From an uncultured Parachlamydiaceae bacterium (GTDB lineage: Bacteria > Chlamydiota > Chlamydiia > Chlamydiales > Parachlamydiaceae), in the NCBI GenBank assembly GCA_963742415.1, contig CAVULX010000004.1, positions 1,272,766-1,336,765 of the forward strand: a DNA stretch of 64,000 nucleotides, in the 5' to 3' direction. This document shows, one piece after another, positions 1 through 9,527 of the stretch. Both the position numbers and the translations under genes were made by a program. Below the pieces are notes generated by a model. It was given only the letters and a program-made list of their open reading frames with translations. It was not told the DNA's origin and did not search any database. Numbering within the stretch: position 1 is the stretch's first letter; each line of letters opens with the position of its first letter.

Positions 1-729
1 GCCTTTGCCCCCAATTTAGGTTGGCACAACGTCCCTTTGCAAAGCGATCTTTCAGACGCGCTTCAACTTCCCGTAATTGTCACCAATGATGTTCGCGCAG
101 CCGCCTGGGGCGAATGGTTATATGGAGCCGGTCAAGGGTTTCAAGACCTTCTTTGCCTCTTTATTGGAACAGGAATTGGAAGCGGCATCATTGTAAATGG
201 TCAAATGATTTGCGGAGCTAACAATGCCGCGGGAGAATTGGGGCATACAACGTTGATTCTAAATGGGCCCAAATGCACATGTGGAAACTTCGGATGCCTG
301 GAGACTGCAGCTGCCGGGTGGGCCATCGCCAAAATAGCAAAATCGGAAATAAAAGAAAAGACGCAGACAGCAAGCACGATCCTTCGAGAAGCCGAGGGGC
401 AATTGGAAAACATTACGGCACAACATGTGGTCAAGGCAGCCATCAATGGGGATTCGATGGCTCAAAAAATCATCCAAGGAGCTTCAGATGCTCTTGCAGC
501 GGGATGTATCAGCTTTGTCAATGCTTTTAATCCCAGCCGCCTCATCATCGGCGGAGGATTGGGTTTAGCTATACCTGGCCTTTTGGAACACATCGAGAAA
601 GAGGTGAAGAGCAAAGCGCTGCAAGCAGCTACGCAGCATTTAACTATCGTTCCTGCAAGCCTCAAAAATGATGCCGGCCTCGTAGGAGCCGCTAGCTATG
701 CTCTAGACAAGTTATTGCAAGAGGATTAA
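1..729 (+). CDS. ROK-family sugar kinase (glucokinase-like), 5'-truncated by the window edge
   Basis: The frame is open from base 1 (AFAPNLGW...). Motifs NDVRAAAWGE, GTGIGSG and GELGH, and the CTCGNFGCLE zinc motif. Confidence 0.93.
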   Translation, partial: AFAPNLGWHNVPLQSDLSDALQLPVIVTNDVRAAAWGEWLYGAGQGFQDLLCLFIGTGIGSGIIVNGQMICGANNAAGELGHTTLILNGPKCTCGNFGCLETAAAGWAIAKIAKSEIKEKTQTASTILREAEGQLENITAQHVVKAAINGDSMAQKIIQGASDALAAGCISFVNAFNPSRLIIGGGLGLAIPGLLEHIEKEVKSKALQAATQHLTIVPASLKNDAGLVGAASYALDKLLQED

Positions 730-959
730 ACGCAAAAGCGCAAAGACGCAAAGGAACAGGATAAGCAAGATCGCCTTCGGCGGCAGGATAAGCAGGATAT
801 TGAATAAAAAGGTTCAGGATGTGGGAATATAATTAAGTTTAAACGATTTTAAAAGAATAATTTTTTTTCTTTTATCCTGCCTATCCTGCCGCCGAAGGCG
901 ATCTTGCTTATCCTGTTCCTTTGCGGTCTTTGCGCCTTTGCACCTTTGCGTTTAATCCT
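722..959. mobile_element. Nested inverted-repeat mini-element: outer AACGCAAAG-type arms enclosing an AACAGGATAAGC-type element (755-917)
   Basis: 722-~799 is the imperfect reverse complement of ~873-959. The inner element recurs at 5329-5480 and 48014-48164. Confidence 0.85.
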
Positions 960-983
960 TTTCCAATAGCGCCAAGGGCGAGA

Positions 984-1700
984 TTATTTAGCATTAAAAT
1001 TAACAAATTGCATCAGCGGACTACACGTCGATCGCCCCCCTCCAGAATAAGCATCGACGACAACACCCGATTCTAAAAGATAGGCTTTTTCCAGAAGTTG
1101 AGAAGCAAAAGACATATCTTGCGTGGAAATCACAACCCCTTTTCCCCTCTTGCACAAATCGCGTAAAATTAAGGCTAAGCTTTGCGTATTTTGAGGATCT
1201 AAAGCCGATGTCGGTTCATCGAAAAGCAACATCTGCGGATCCAAGGCTAAAGCACGGGCAATGGCGACACGCTGCTGCTGCCCGCCCGACAATTCATTCG
1301 GGTAAGCATCTCCATAAGAATCCATTCCCAACAACTTAAGGACCTCCATCGCCTTGCTTCTGGCCTTATCAAACTTTTCCCCATACACTACTTTCAAAGG
1401 CTGCGCACAATTGTCTTGAGCTGTCAAATGGGGAAATAATGCATAAGATTGTGGAATATAACTCACCAAGTGGGCCCTTTCCGGAGAAGACAAGCCTTTT
1501 AATGATCTCCCTTCATACTCAACAGCTCCTTCGTAATCCCCTTCAAGCTGTGCTAGACATCGCAACAGGGAACTTTTTCCCGCTCCACTTTTTCCTAATA
1601 ATAGAGTGATTTCCCCTCGAGGTACTTCAATTGATATATTCTGAAGGATTTCTTTCCTCTTAGTCCCCTTTGATAAATACAAATTTTTAGTTTTTAACAT
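984..1700 (-). CDS. Polar amino-acid ABC transporter ATP-binding subunit
   Basis: Walker A GKSGAGKS, signature LSGGQQQRVAIARAL, Walker B LLFDEPT. Confidence 0.95.
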   Translation of the reverse strand: MLKTKNLYLSKGTKRKEILQNISIEVPRGEITLLLGKSGAGKSSLLRCLAQLEGDYEGAVEYEGRSLKGLSSPERAHLVSYIPQSYALFPHLTAQDNCAQPLKVVYGEKFDKARSKAMEVLKLLGMDSYGDAYPNELSGGQQQRVAIARALALDPQMLLFDEPTSALDPQNTQSLALILRDLCKRGKGVVISTQDMSFASQLLEKAYLLESGVVVDAYSGGGRSTCSPLMQFVNFNAK

Positions 1701-2358
1701 ACCGGAATCCTTTTTCTAGGTATTTTGAAAGATAATTAAGGGCTCCTGAAATCCCCACATAAAAGAGCGCCACGGAAAGATAAACCACCAAGGGTTCCAT
1801 TTCCCTAGAAACAATATTCATCCCCATTCTTGTTAGTTCCAAAAGTCCAATGGAGGAAAGGATGGCAGTGCTTTTCAACAGCGCATCCAGTTCATTGGTC
1901 AAGGCAGGCAAAACATTGCGCAACATTTGGGGAAAGATAATATGCCTGACACAATCCTTTGTGGAATAGCCTAGCGTCATGGCTGCTTCCCATTGATCAA
2001 CAGGGATCGAATTGATTCCACAACGCACTACTTGCGCAACATAGCCTGAAGAGCAGATGCCCAACGCCAATACGGAAGCTGTAAAAGCTTCCATATGGAT
2101 ATTCAAAATATCGGGAATGACAAAGTAAGCAATGAGCAATTGCACATAAAAAGGGACCGCCCGCAGCACAAAAGTGATCCCCTCCAGGAAAGAAGAGAGC
2201 ACGTTTATTCTTAGTCGATAGCATGTCAAAATCCCAAGGAGAGACCCAAGGCAAAGGCTAATGCATCCAGAAATTAACAAAATTTGCAACGTCATCCATG
2301 CCCCTTTCATCAGAAGGGGCATGGAACGGTAGACGAGGTCTAAATAGTTACTGTCCAC
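1687..2358 (-). CDS. Polar amino-acid ABC transporter permease (HisM/GlnP type)
   Basis: TM helices, an EAA loop (QWEAAMTLG) and a PQMLR motif. Confidence 0.93.
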   Translation of the reverse strand: MDSNYLDLVYRSMPLLMKGAWMTLQILLISGCISLCLGSLLGILTCYRLRINVLSSFLEGITFVLRAVPFYVQLLIAYFVIPDILNIHMEAFTASVLALGICSSGYVAQVVRCGINSIPVDQWEAAMTLGYSTKDCVRHIIFPQMLRNVLPALTNELDALLKSTAILSSIGLLELTRMGMNIVSREMEPLVVYLSVALFYVGISGALNYLSKYLEKGFRYVKN

Positions 2359-2361
2359 TTG

Positions 2362-3132
2362 TTACCCTCCCGCTAAATTCCATTTTTTCTCCAGCTCTGC
2401 AATGACCCCTTCTTTACGCAGCTCATCGACAGCTTTCTTTACCAGAAGAATCAGCTTGCAGCTTTTTTTGTTGAGACAAACTCCATAGCCTAGAGATTGT
2501 TCTAAAGGGGGAAGAGGGGCTTCCATCACTTTTAGTTCAGGAAATTGCTGGGTTACAGTTGCAAGCAAAGAGGGATCGATCACCGTGGCAACCGATTTTC
2601 CATATTTGATTTCCATCATGGCATCCGTTACCTTGTCCACTTGCTTTAAGGCCAATCCCGGTACTTTCTGCAAAAAACTGTCTTGAAAAGAGCCGGCTTC
2701 AGCACAAATCACCATTTTGGGATTATTGGCCATCGATTCCAGAGAAGTGACATTCTCAGGGATCTGTTTCCAAAAAAGCATCGGAAGTGAGGTCATTTTT
2801 CCCCCCTGATAATAGATCATCTCCATCTGCTTTTGTCGATCCTGCGTAATCGACATCCCCCAAATAAGGGCATCAATTTTTCCCTGCTTCAAAGCGAGAA
2901 TCAAAGCGGGCATGCTGCCAAGATCTTTGAGGACCAAATCCCGATTGAGCTTTTTACTCAGCTCATTGGCAAAATCTATATCAAATCCCACATAGTCCCC
3001 CTTTTCATCTAGACTGACATAGGGAGCATAGGCGCTTGATGTTCCGACAACAAAATCTTCCGCAAACAGGGAAGAAAATAAACAGCTTCCAAAAAGGAGA
3101 GTAGAAATTGAATAAACAAAATAATTTTTCAT
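2362..3132 (-). CDS. Amino-acid ABC substrate-binding protein (family 3), possibly histidine-specific
   Basis: Signal peptide, YAPY..GFDID, MSITQDR and C-terminal KKW. Substrate is inferred only from the upstream His-rich leader. Confidence 0.92.
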   Translation of the reverse strand: MKNYFVYSISTLLFGSCLFSSLFAEDFVVGTSSAYAPYVSLDEKGDYVGFDIDFANELSKKLNRDLVLKDLGSMPALILALKQGKIDALIWGMSITQDRQKQMEMIYYQGGKMTSLPMLFWKQIPENVTSLESMANNPKMVICAEAGSFQDSFLQKVPGLALKQVDKVTDAMMEIKYGKSVATVIDPSLLATVTQQFPELKVMEAPLPPLEQSLGYGVCLNKKSCKLILLVKKAVDELRKEGVIAELEKKWNLAGG

Positions 3133-3221
3133 GGTTTTTCCTTATAAATTTAAACTCGTTTAGCAAAAAAAAATTGCTAAGAAAATTAATAAAATCTAAT
3201 AAACTAAAATATAACTTAGAA

Positions 3222-3260
3222 TTTGTAAGACTTTAGAGCGCTGCGCTTAAAGCTTACAAT
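3222..3260 (-). promoter_or_regulatory. Stem-loop immediately after the leader peptide (candidate attenuator hairpin)
   Basis: Minus strand TTGTAAG-CTTTA-AGCG/CAG/CGCT-C-TAAAG-T-CTTACAA, followed by a U-rich tract. Confidence 0.55.
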
Positions 3261-3263
3261 AGA

Positions 3264-3362
3264 TTATGAATGATGATGATGATGATGGAAGGAACGGAAA
3301 GAAAAAGCAAGATCAAGAGATAATTTTTGCTTATAACTAAAATAACACATAATTTTACTCAT
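3264..3362 (-). CDS. Leader peptide with six consecutive His codons (HisL-like): MSKIMCYFSYKQKLSLDLAFSFRSFHHHHHHS
   Basis: Manual translation. GGAGGA Shine-Dalgarno about 10 nt upstream of the ATG, (CAT)6 just before the stop, co-oriented 131 nt upstream of the ABC operon. Confidence 0.75.
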   Translation of the reverse strand: MSKIMCYFSYKQKLSLDLAFSFRSFHHHHHHS

Positions 3363-3403
3363 GGTTTTAAATTCCTCCCATATAAAAGATAAAATTTTTC
3401 GTT

Positions 3404-3610
3404 TTATCTGTTTTTACAACGATTTTCTTTAATCAAATCGATAAACATCTCATAGAGTCTATCTGTTCTTTGTGACTGTTGAGTCATTTTTGCATCAAGG
3501 CTTTGTATTTGAAAATATAGAATACCAAAGCAAGCAATGACTGATGTTAAAATCGTTATCCATTCTATTATTACTGTTCTTTGAATATTCTTACTGTTTT
3601 CTTGATCCAT
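3404..3610 (-). CDS. Small hypothetical protein (single TM plus short coiled coil)
   Basis: 68 aa. Hydrophobic WITILTSVIACFGILYF, then QQSQRTDRLYEMFIDL. Confidence 0.7.
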   Translation of the reverse strand: MDQENSKNIQRTVIIEWITILTSVIACFGILYFQIQSLDAKMTQQSQRTDRLYEMFIDLIKENRCKNR

Positions 3611-3713
3611 AATCTTTTCAAATCTTTATTAATGCAATACTAGAAAAATCATAAAAAAATCTACCTTTAAATGCAAAGAAAATCTAATCTATACAAAAGT
3701 CAATATCACCTTT

Positions 3714-4436
3714 ATGCCGGCGGAACGCTATTACTACCCTTCCTCACTTGCTGAATCGGAAGAGATCTCCCTTCAAGATCAAGAATTCCATCACCTCACC
3801 CGAGTCATGCGCGGCAAAATCGGCGATACCATCGAGCTCGTTAACGGACAAGGTGCTTTAGCCAAAGCCAAAATTAGGACCATCGAGAAACGGCAAGCCG
3901 TTCTGCATATTAAAAGCTGCCATCAAGACCCTCCTCCTTCTTACTCATTTATCCTTGCCCAGGCAATCCCAAAAATCAATCGTCTCGACTTCATTGTCGA
4001 AAAGGGAACCGAATTGGGGATGACACATCTTTGGTTATTCCCCGGGGAACTCAGTGAAAGAAAGATCATCTCAGAAAATCAACACCATCGTCTCCACTCC
4101 ATCGCCATTTCAGCTATGAAACAATGTGGAAGCCTCTGGTTGCCGCAGATCGAAATTAAATCCCCTATACATGAATGGAAATCGGTGGATTGCCCTGCCT
4201 TTTTTGGCGATGTCAACCCTAACGCTGAACCTTTGATAAAAGTTTTGTCTCGGCGTGATGCCGCAAAGAAGATGATTTTTTTCATCGGGCCCGAAAGCGG
4301 CTTTACTGACAGGGAAGAAAAAAAGCTCCGAGAAATCGGAGCTTTAGGTGTGAAGCTGCATCCGAACATCCTTAGAACGGACACAGCTCCTATCGTCGCA
4401 TTAGGGATTTTAACCCACTTAAACCTTTTCAAATAA
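3714..4436 (+). CDS. rsmE: 16S rRNA m3U1498 methyltransferase
   Basis: HHLTRVMR, EKGTELG, IGPESGF, ILRTDTA. Confidence 0.95.
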   Translation: MPAERYYYPSSLAESEEISLQDQEFHHLTRVMRGKIGDTIELVNGQGALAKAKIRTIEKRQAVLHIKSCHQDPPPSYSFILAQAIPKINRLDFIVEKGTELGMTHLWLFPGELSERKIISENQHHRLHSIAISAMKQCGSLWLPQIEIKSPIHEWKSVDCPAFFGDVNPNAEPLIKVLSRRDAAKKMIFFIGPESGFTDREEKKLREIGALGVKLHPNILRTDTAPIVALGILTHLNLFK

Positions 4437-4444
4437 GCGAGTTA

Positions 4445-5014
4445 TTATACTCTCTTAAACAGATTAGCAATGTAATTGTATGAAGCCTTCGACAGCTCAA
4501 AAGCAACAGGATAAACCACATTTTTCAAGGCTGATGAGAAAAATCGATAGCCTATCAGAGCACCTGAAAGAACCTCTGTTCCCAAAGTAGCTTTACTGAA
4601 GATGGAAAACCCGCTCTCAGTTGTTGATGTTGGAATTTCTTCATCAAACTCATCTGTTTCATCTATTTCAACATCAGATTTTTCTTTTTTACCTACATTT
4701 GCATATTCATCAAGGTGTTTTGAGTATTTGTCTGCTTTATTAAACAATTGATTAGTTTTATTTTTTGAATTTAGATCTGAAGAGTAACTAGCCAACAGAG
4801 CAACACTGTATTTATTGAGATCAATTTTGTGGCCCCTAAAAGTTGTACCTCGCATTTCTGCAGACTCACCCTCTATTTTTTTAAGAAATTTTGCATCGCT
4901 TTTTTTTCGATCATTTCGAGATAATTTAAACTTTTTACCTTCAGTATGATTTTCATAGCGGTGTAAATCTCCTGTAGTAGCCACATCATACATACCCATA
5001 TTATATATACCCAT
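4445..5014 (-). CDS. Hypothetical protein
   Basis: 189-aa AT-rich ORF with no recognised motif. Confidence 0.65.
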   Translation of the reverse strand: MGIYNMGMYDVATTGDLHRYENHTEGKKFKLSRNDRKKSDAKFLKKIEGESAEMRGTTFRGHKIDLNKYSVALLASYSSDLNSKNKTNQLFNKADKYSKHLDEYANVGKKEKSDVEIDETDEFDEEIPTSTTESGFSIFSKATLGTEVLSGALIGYRFFSSALKNVVYPVAFELSKASYNYIANLFKRV

Positions 5015-5328
5015 ATTATAAACTCCATTTATTATATTAATATTATTTTTAAAATAATTATTATATTATCTTTTTATTTTTTTGTAAATAGAAAAAACCT
5101 TGATATTACTAAATTTGTAAAATAAATGCAAGAAAATAGTTAATAAAACATAAACATTTTCTTAATGTTAGCTTTAAATAGGTAGAAACTTACTCGGAAA
5201 TAGAAAAATAGCTTTTATTCAAATTCTAATTTTTTTTTGATGATCGTTGGAATGAAAAATTTCCTCAATTTTCTCATAAATCCTCAATGATCTCGCTGGC
5301 TCCTCCTAAATAACTAGGTACAGGAAAG

Positions 5329-5480
5329 AACAGGATAAGCAAGATCGTAAACGGCAGGATAAGCAAGATATTGAATAAAGAGTAAGAACATGCGGATATG
5401 ATTAAGTTAAGATTGTTCAAAAAAATCGTTTTGTCTTTTATCCTGCTTATCCTGCCGTTTACGATCTTGCTTATCCTGTT
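5329..5480. mobile_element. AACAGGATAAGC-type inverted-repeat mini-element
   Basis: Arms of about 42 bp (AACAGGATAAGCAAGATCGTAAACGGCAGGATAAGC...) and their reverse complement. The spacer is related to 755-917 and 48014-48164. Confidence 0.85.
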
Positions 5481-5540
5481 TTTTTCTTCTCTGTGTCTTC
5501 TAGACTAACTTCTCTAAAGTTTTTACATTCTTACAAGACT

Positions 5541-7304
5541 TTACAAGACAATTCCCTTATAAACGAGCTTTTTTTCAGGATCGAGAGTCACAAGCTGCCC
5601 CTCTTTGAGAATGCGCATCGCGGCATCGGCGCGTACAATGAACGGTTTCCCCAATTTTTTCCCAATTTCAATCAGGTATTTTTCCGATTCATTATCATCG
5701 ATATGATTTTGGAGAACGACCGCTAAAGCTTCCTGAATCAAGGGCAGGTAAGATTCATCGCAGCGAGGAATTACGAGAATTTGGTCCCTTACTGTGTAAG
5801 TTTTAACAGATTCAGGGGAGAGCACAATGCTCACGTTGCTGTGCACCTTCTTCCCCTGCCCATATTCCCCTCTGACAAGGACTTCCCCAATATTTTCGAC
5901 GATCATCATATTGGTCGTCCCTGCAAAGCCAAAAGGGGAACCCGCCGTGACTACTACGAGATCCCCATGTTCCACAATTTTATGGTCAAGAGCATAAGCG
6001 CTGATCTTTTCAAAAGCTTCCGAAATTGTTGTACAGGCATCTTTAAGGACTGGGATCACCCCCCAGTTAAAAGCCATTTGGTGATAACACTTTTCATTGG
6101 GGGTCATCGCTATGATCGGCATAGAGGGGCGCAGCCTTGAAAGAAGACGCGCTGTCGAGCCGCTGCTTGTAAAAGCAAAAATCGCTTTGGCATCGGAACT
6201 GTAGGCTGTTTTGACTGCAGCTAAAGTCAAAGCCGAAGGGACATCATGATACACTAGTTGGGAGTGTTGATCGAAGAAAATGCGGTAATTAAAATCCCCT
6301 TCAGAAGCTTTGATGATGCTTTGCATCACATTCACTGTTTCAAGGGGATATTTCCCCACAGCAGTTTCCCCGGAAAGCATTACTGCAGAAGTGCTGTCAT
6401 AGATCGCATTGGCGACATCGGAAACCTCTGCTCGGGTAGGCCTCGGATTTTTAATCATCGACTCAAGCATCTGCGTAGCGGTGACAGAAGGTTTTCCGGC
6501 CAAGTAACTTTTCCTGATCATCACTTTTTGCAACCTGGGCACTTCGCTCAAAGGAACTTCGACTCCTAAATCTCCACGGGCGATCATGACCCCATCGGCC
6601 GCTTGGACAATCCCATCAAAATTTTGAACGCCTTCACTGTTTTCAATTTTAGCGATCACCAAAATATCTGATTTTTTTTCTTCGGTTAATAGCTTTTTTA
6701 TGGCCAAGATATCTTCAGGAGTGCGCACAAAAGAAGCTGCTATAATGTCGACATCATGTTTGCAGCCAAAACGTATATCCTCTTCATCCCTTTTCGTCAT
6801 CGAAGGGAGATCTAGATCTACGTTCGGAACATTGACTCCCTTCCCGGATTTCAGAATCCCTTCGTTTTCCAATTCGATAAGAACCCCTTTTGGAGTGACT
6901 TCCAGCACATGAGAACCAATATAACCATCATCAAATAAAACTCTGGCGCCAGGGGTTAATTGATTAAGAATGGAACTGGGCAAAATAGTCAAAAAATGAT
7001 CATCCCCTTCCACCTCTTCCTTAACTAGAAGCAACTGGTGCCCTGCATTAAGGGAAAGATGCCCCCCTTTAATTCTGCCGATCCGGACTTCAGGCCCTTT
7101 TGTATCGAGCATGATCGCCAAAGGGACTTTGAGCTCGGCCCGAGCTTCTTTGAGATAGTAAATGACCGTTTGATGGTGAACATGGGTTCCATGACTAAAG
7201 TTAAGGCGGGCCACATTCATGCCGCCCTTAATGAGTTCAAAGATTTTTTCTCGACTGTCACACGAGGGACCAATCGTGCAGATGACTTTTGTGTGGATTA
7301 CCAT
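5541..7304 (-). CDS. pyk: Pyruvate kinase with C-terminal PEP-utiliser-like extension
   Basis: TKVICTIGP, RLNFSHG, DTKGPE, IAKIEN, ARGDLG, TQMLESM, MLSGETA. Confidence 0.97.
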   Translation of the reverse strand: MVIHTKVICTIGPSCDSREKIFELIKGGMNVARLNFSHGTHVHHQTVIYYLKEARAELKVPLAIMLDTKGPEVRIGRIKGGHLSLNAGHQLLLVKEEVEGDDHFLTILPSSILNQLTPGARVLFDDGYIGSHVLEVTPKGVLIELENEGILKSGKGVNVPNVDLDLPSMTKRDEEDIRFGCKHDVDIIAASFVRTPEDILAIKKLLTEEKKSDILVIAKIENSEGVQNFDGIVQAADGVMIARGDLGVEVPLSEVPRLQKVMIRKSYLAGKPSVTATQMLESMIKNPRPTRAEVSDVANAIYDSTSAVMLSGETAVGKYPLETVNVMQSIIKASEGDFNYRIFFDQHSQLVYHDVPSALTLAAVKTAYSSDAKAIFAFTSSGSTARLLSRLRPSMPIIAMTPNEKCYHQMAFNWGVIPVLKDACTTISEAFEKISAYALDHKIVEHGDLVVVTAGSPFGFAGTTNMMIVENIGEVLVRGEYGQGKKVHSNVSIVLSPESVKTYTVRDQILVIPRCDESYLPLIQEALAVVLQNHIDDNESEKYLIEIGKKLGKPFIVRADAAMRILKEGQLVTLDPEKKLVYKGIVL

Positions 7305-7421
7305 GATCCCCTCTCCTCGTTTAATCGAATTATCATCAGTTTATCAAACGCACAAAATAATTCAAATTAATCGGGCAGAAGATTATTTTAAAGTTATAAA
7401 TGAGTGTATAGGGAGGTAGTT

Positions 7422-8072
7422 ATGAAATGGACCATGTCTCGATATCGAAGAACATTGAAAATTTGGCAATTGGGCTGCTCCAAATTTTCAGTGCTCTTCG
7501 GTATATTGGCAATAATCGTTTCTTTCTCTTTGAACGGTGAAATACAAAAGCTCCAAGTCAAATGGCAAGCACCCTCATGTTCGACAGGATGTGCTCAATT
7601 GATGATCAAGCAATTTCAAGCAATTCCCGGTGTAGCTCAAGTTTACATGAATCAGCCCGCTGGTCAAATGGACTTGCGATGGAAACCCAACTACCCTTTT
7701 TCGTTTACCCCTATCAATAATGCAATGGCCATGGTGGGTTTAAGTTATACAGAAGTTCGCATTCGAGTTCGAGGCTATCTACAAGTTTCAGGGAACAACT
7801 ATTCTGTTGTTTCTTTGGGTGACAACACACCCTTTGTTTTGCTCGCCCCCGCCCAAGCACAACAGGGTCGTTATGTGATTGAATACAATATTGCCAGCCA
7901 CCAGCTAACCCCCTATCTAATCGCTCAACTTCAACAAGGAATTCAAGATAATCGAGTCGCTGTTGTGGAAGGACCTCTATTTCAACCTGAACGTTCACCA
8001 CCTCTGTATCTTGTTATCCAACAGTTGAATTATGTGATCACGGAAGAAGAACAGTCCCAACAAAAGCAATAG
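7422..8072 (+). CDS. Exported protein with an HMA-like (heavy-metal-associated) N-terminal domain
   Basis: GGAGG before ATG 7422, a signal/TM segment, and SCSTGCAQ...IPGVAQV resembling an HMA fold. Confidence 0.7.
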   Translation: MKWTMSRYRRTLKIWQLGCSKFSVLFGILAIIVSFSLNGEIQKLQVKWQAPSCSTGCAQLMIKQFQAIPGVAQVYMNQPAGQMDLRWKPNYPFSFTPINNAMAMVGLSYTEVRIRVRGYLQVSGNNYSVVSLGDNTPFVLLAPAQAQQGRYVIEYNIASHQLTPYLIAQLQQGIQDNRVAVVEGPLFQPERSPPLYLVIQQLNYVITEEEQSQQKQ

Positions 8073-8201
8073 AGTTTATAAATAAAGGAACTTATCTCCT
8101 CAAAGCATTGTAAAAAAAACAATCGTAGATATACTTATTTGCTAATAAAACATTATTTGATTTTTTAAACAACTCCAACTTTTTAATTAAGAGGTAAGTT
8201 T

Positions 8202-9296
8202 ATGGTGAACAATCTTTTAAGCCGCACTGTGGATGATTGGACATATTTTTCCATCTCACCAATTGAAAATGTTTACACATTCCACAATCTGTCAGATAAC
8301 CAAGCAAACGGGAAGGAAAAGCATTCACTCTGGGGGACTATTCCAGACACGACTTTAAATCCGCAAAATTTAAGCAATATCTCATCTAACTCTGGAAGCA
8401 AACCAATAGATGAAAAGGTGTATAAATGCTTCATGTGTCAAATGGAAACTATTCCTAAACAACGACGCGGAGGTCCTTGGGGTACAAACACCCTTTGTAA
8501 TCCTTGTGGTACGAAATACGCTAAAAAAGCTTCTCTTTTAAAAGACAAAACAAACCAGGACATTCCTTACATTCCATTAGAATTTTATGTTAAACCTCAA
8601 AAGCATTATTCTTTTATAGGAGTAGGATTCAAAGAAGTGCCTGAATTCTTAGAGGAAATAAAGCAATATTTTACACCCACGAAATGTAAAGAAATCGAGG
8701 AATTAGCAAATAATTTTATAGAAATCGGGAAAAAAACACAGAAATACAAAAAAACTCTTCTAAAAAACACTCCAATAAATGCTGACCATATCAGAACTTA
8801 TGTAGAACTTGCAAGATCCCTATGTGCTATTGAGGACAAATCTAAAAAAAATAGCAGCAATCCGTCCAAAAATAGGGAAAAGATGAAAAACACATACAAA
8901 CTTGTCAGTGAGCAAAAATATGTAGGAATTACTCGAGAAGGTAAGCAAGTAGATCTTGAAAGGCTATCCCCCGATTTGGAAGCAATAGAAGCTTATATAA
9001 TCAGCAGGGAAAAGCGTATTATAGCAACAAATGTTACTGCAAACAGATCCAGAAAAACAGGAACAAAAAGAAAAAAATCTGCTGTGGATTCTGTGAAAAA
9101 GATTCCGCAACGTCGTGACCCTACTGAAGAGAAAACCAATACATCTAAAGAGAAAGCCTCAGAAGCTCTTACTATTAATTCTGAAGGAGCTGCAAAACCG
9201 CTAAGAAAAAAAAGAAAAATTGATTCAGTGGTAGTTTCTGCGGAAAAGACTCTCAGTCGTCATGATCTGAAATTTATTTTAAATTCAGATAAATGA
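8202..9296 (+). CDS. GATA-type zinc-finger protein, paralog 1 (most divergent)
   Basis: CFMC-X19-CNPC with GPWGTNTL, basic RKKRK, C-terminal HDLKFILNS. Confidence 0.85.
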   Translation: MVNNLLSRTVDDWTYFSISPIENVYTFHNLSDNQANGKEKHSLWGTIPDTTLNPQNLSNISSNSGSKPIDEKVYKCFMCQMETIPKQRRGGPWGTNTLCNPCGTKYAKKASLLKDKTNQDIPYIPLEFYVKPQKHYSFIGVGFKEVPEFLEEIKQYFTPTKCKEIEELANNFIEIGKKTQKYKKTLLKNTPINADHIRTYVELARSLCAIEDKSKKNSSNPSKNREKMKNTYKLVSEQKYVGITREGKQVDLERLSPDLEAIEAYIISREKRIIATNVTANRSRKTGTKRKKSAVDSVKKIPQRRDPTEEKTNTSKEKASEALTINSEGAAKPLRKKRKIDSVVVSAEKTLSRHDLKFILNSDK

Positions 9297-9527
9297 CTCA
9301 ACTTTTGAAGGGGGTTTCTCCCCCCTAAAGTTTAGGACGAAAAACTTCCAAATGCTTAACCGCGAATATCGCAGGCATTCAGCCTGGGAAAGGAGTAAAC
9401 TATATATTCTTTTAATTTTAAGAATTTAAACATTACCAGTTATTTTTAATTTTACAAATAAATTATGTTTGATTATTTTTTTTGTGATTCTTTAAACAAC
9501 TTTAACTTTTAATCAAGAGGTGGATTT

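Noticed and set aside
847..870. Spacer of the AACAGGAT element reading DFKRIIF, like a GxxExxY C-terminus
   Set aside because: Too short and AT-rich to distinguish from chance, and not preserved in the other copies.
3270..3287. (CAT)6 as a cloning His-tag or random microsatellite
   Set aside because: No vector context; it lies in frame in an RBS-led uORF upstream of an amino-acid transporter. Chance is not fully excluded.
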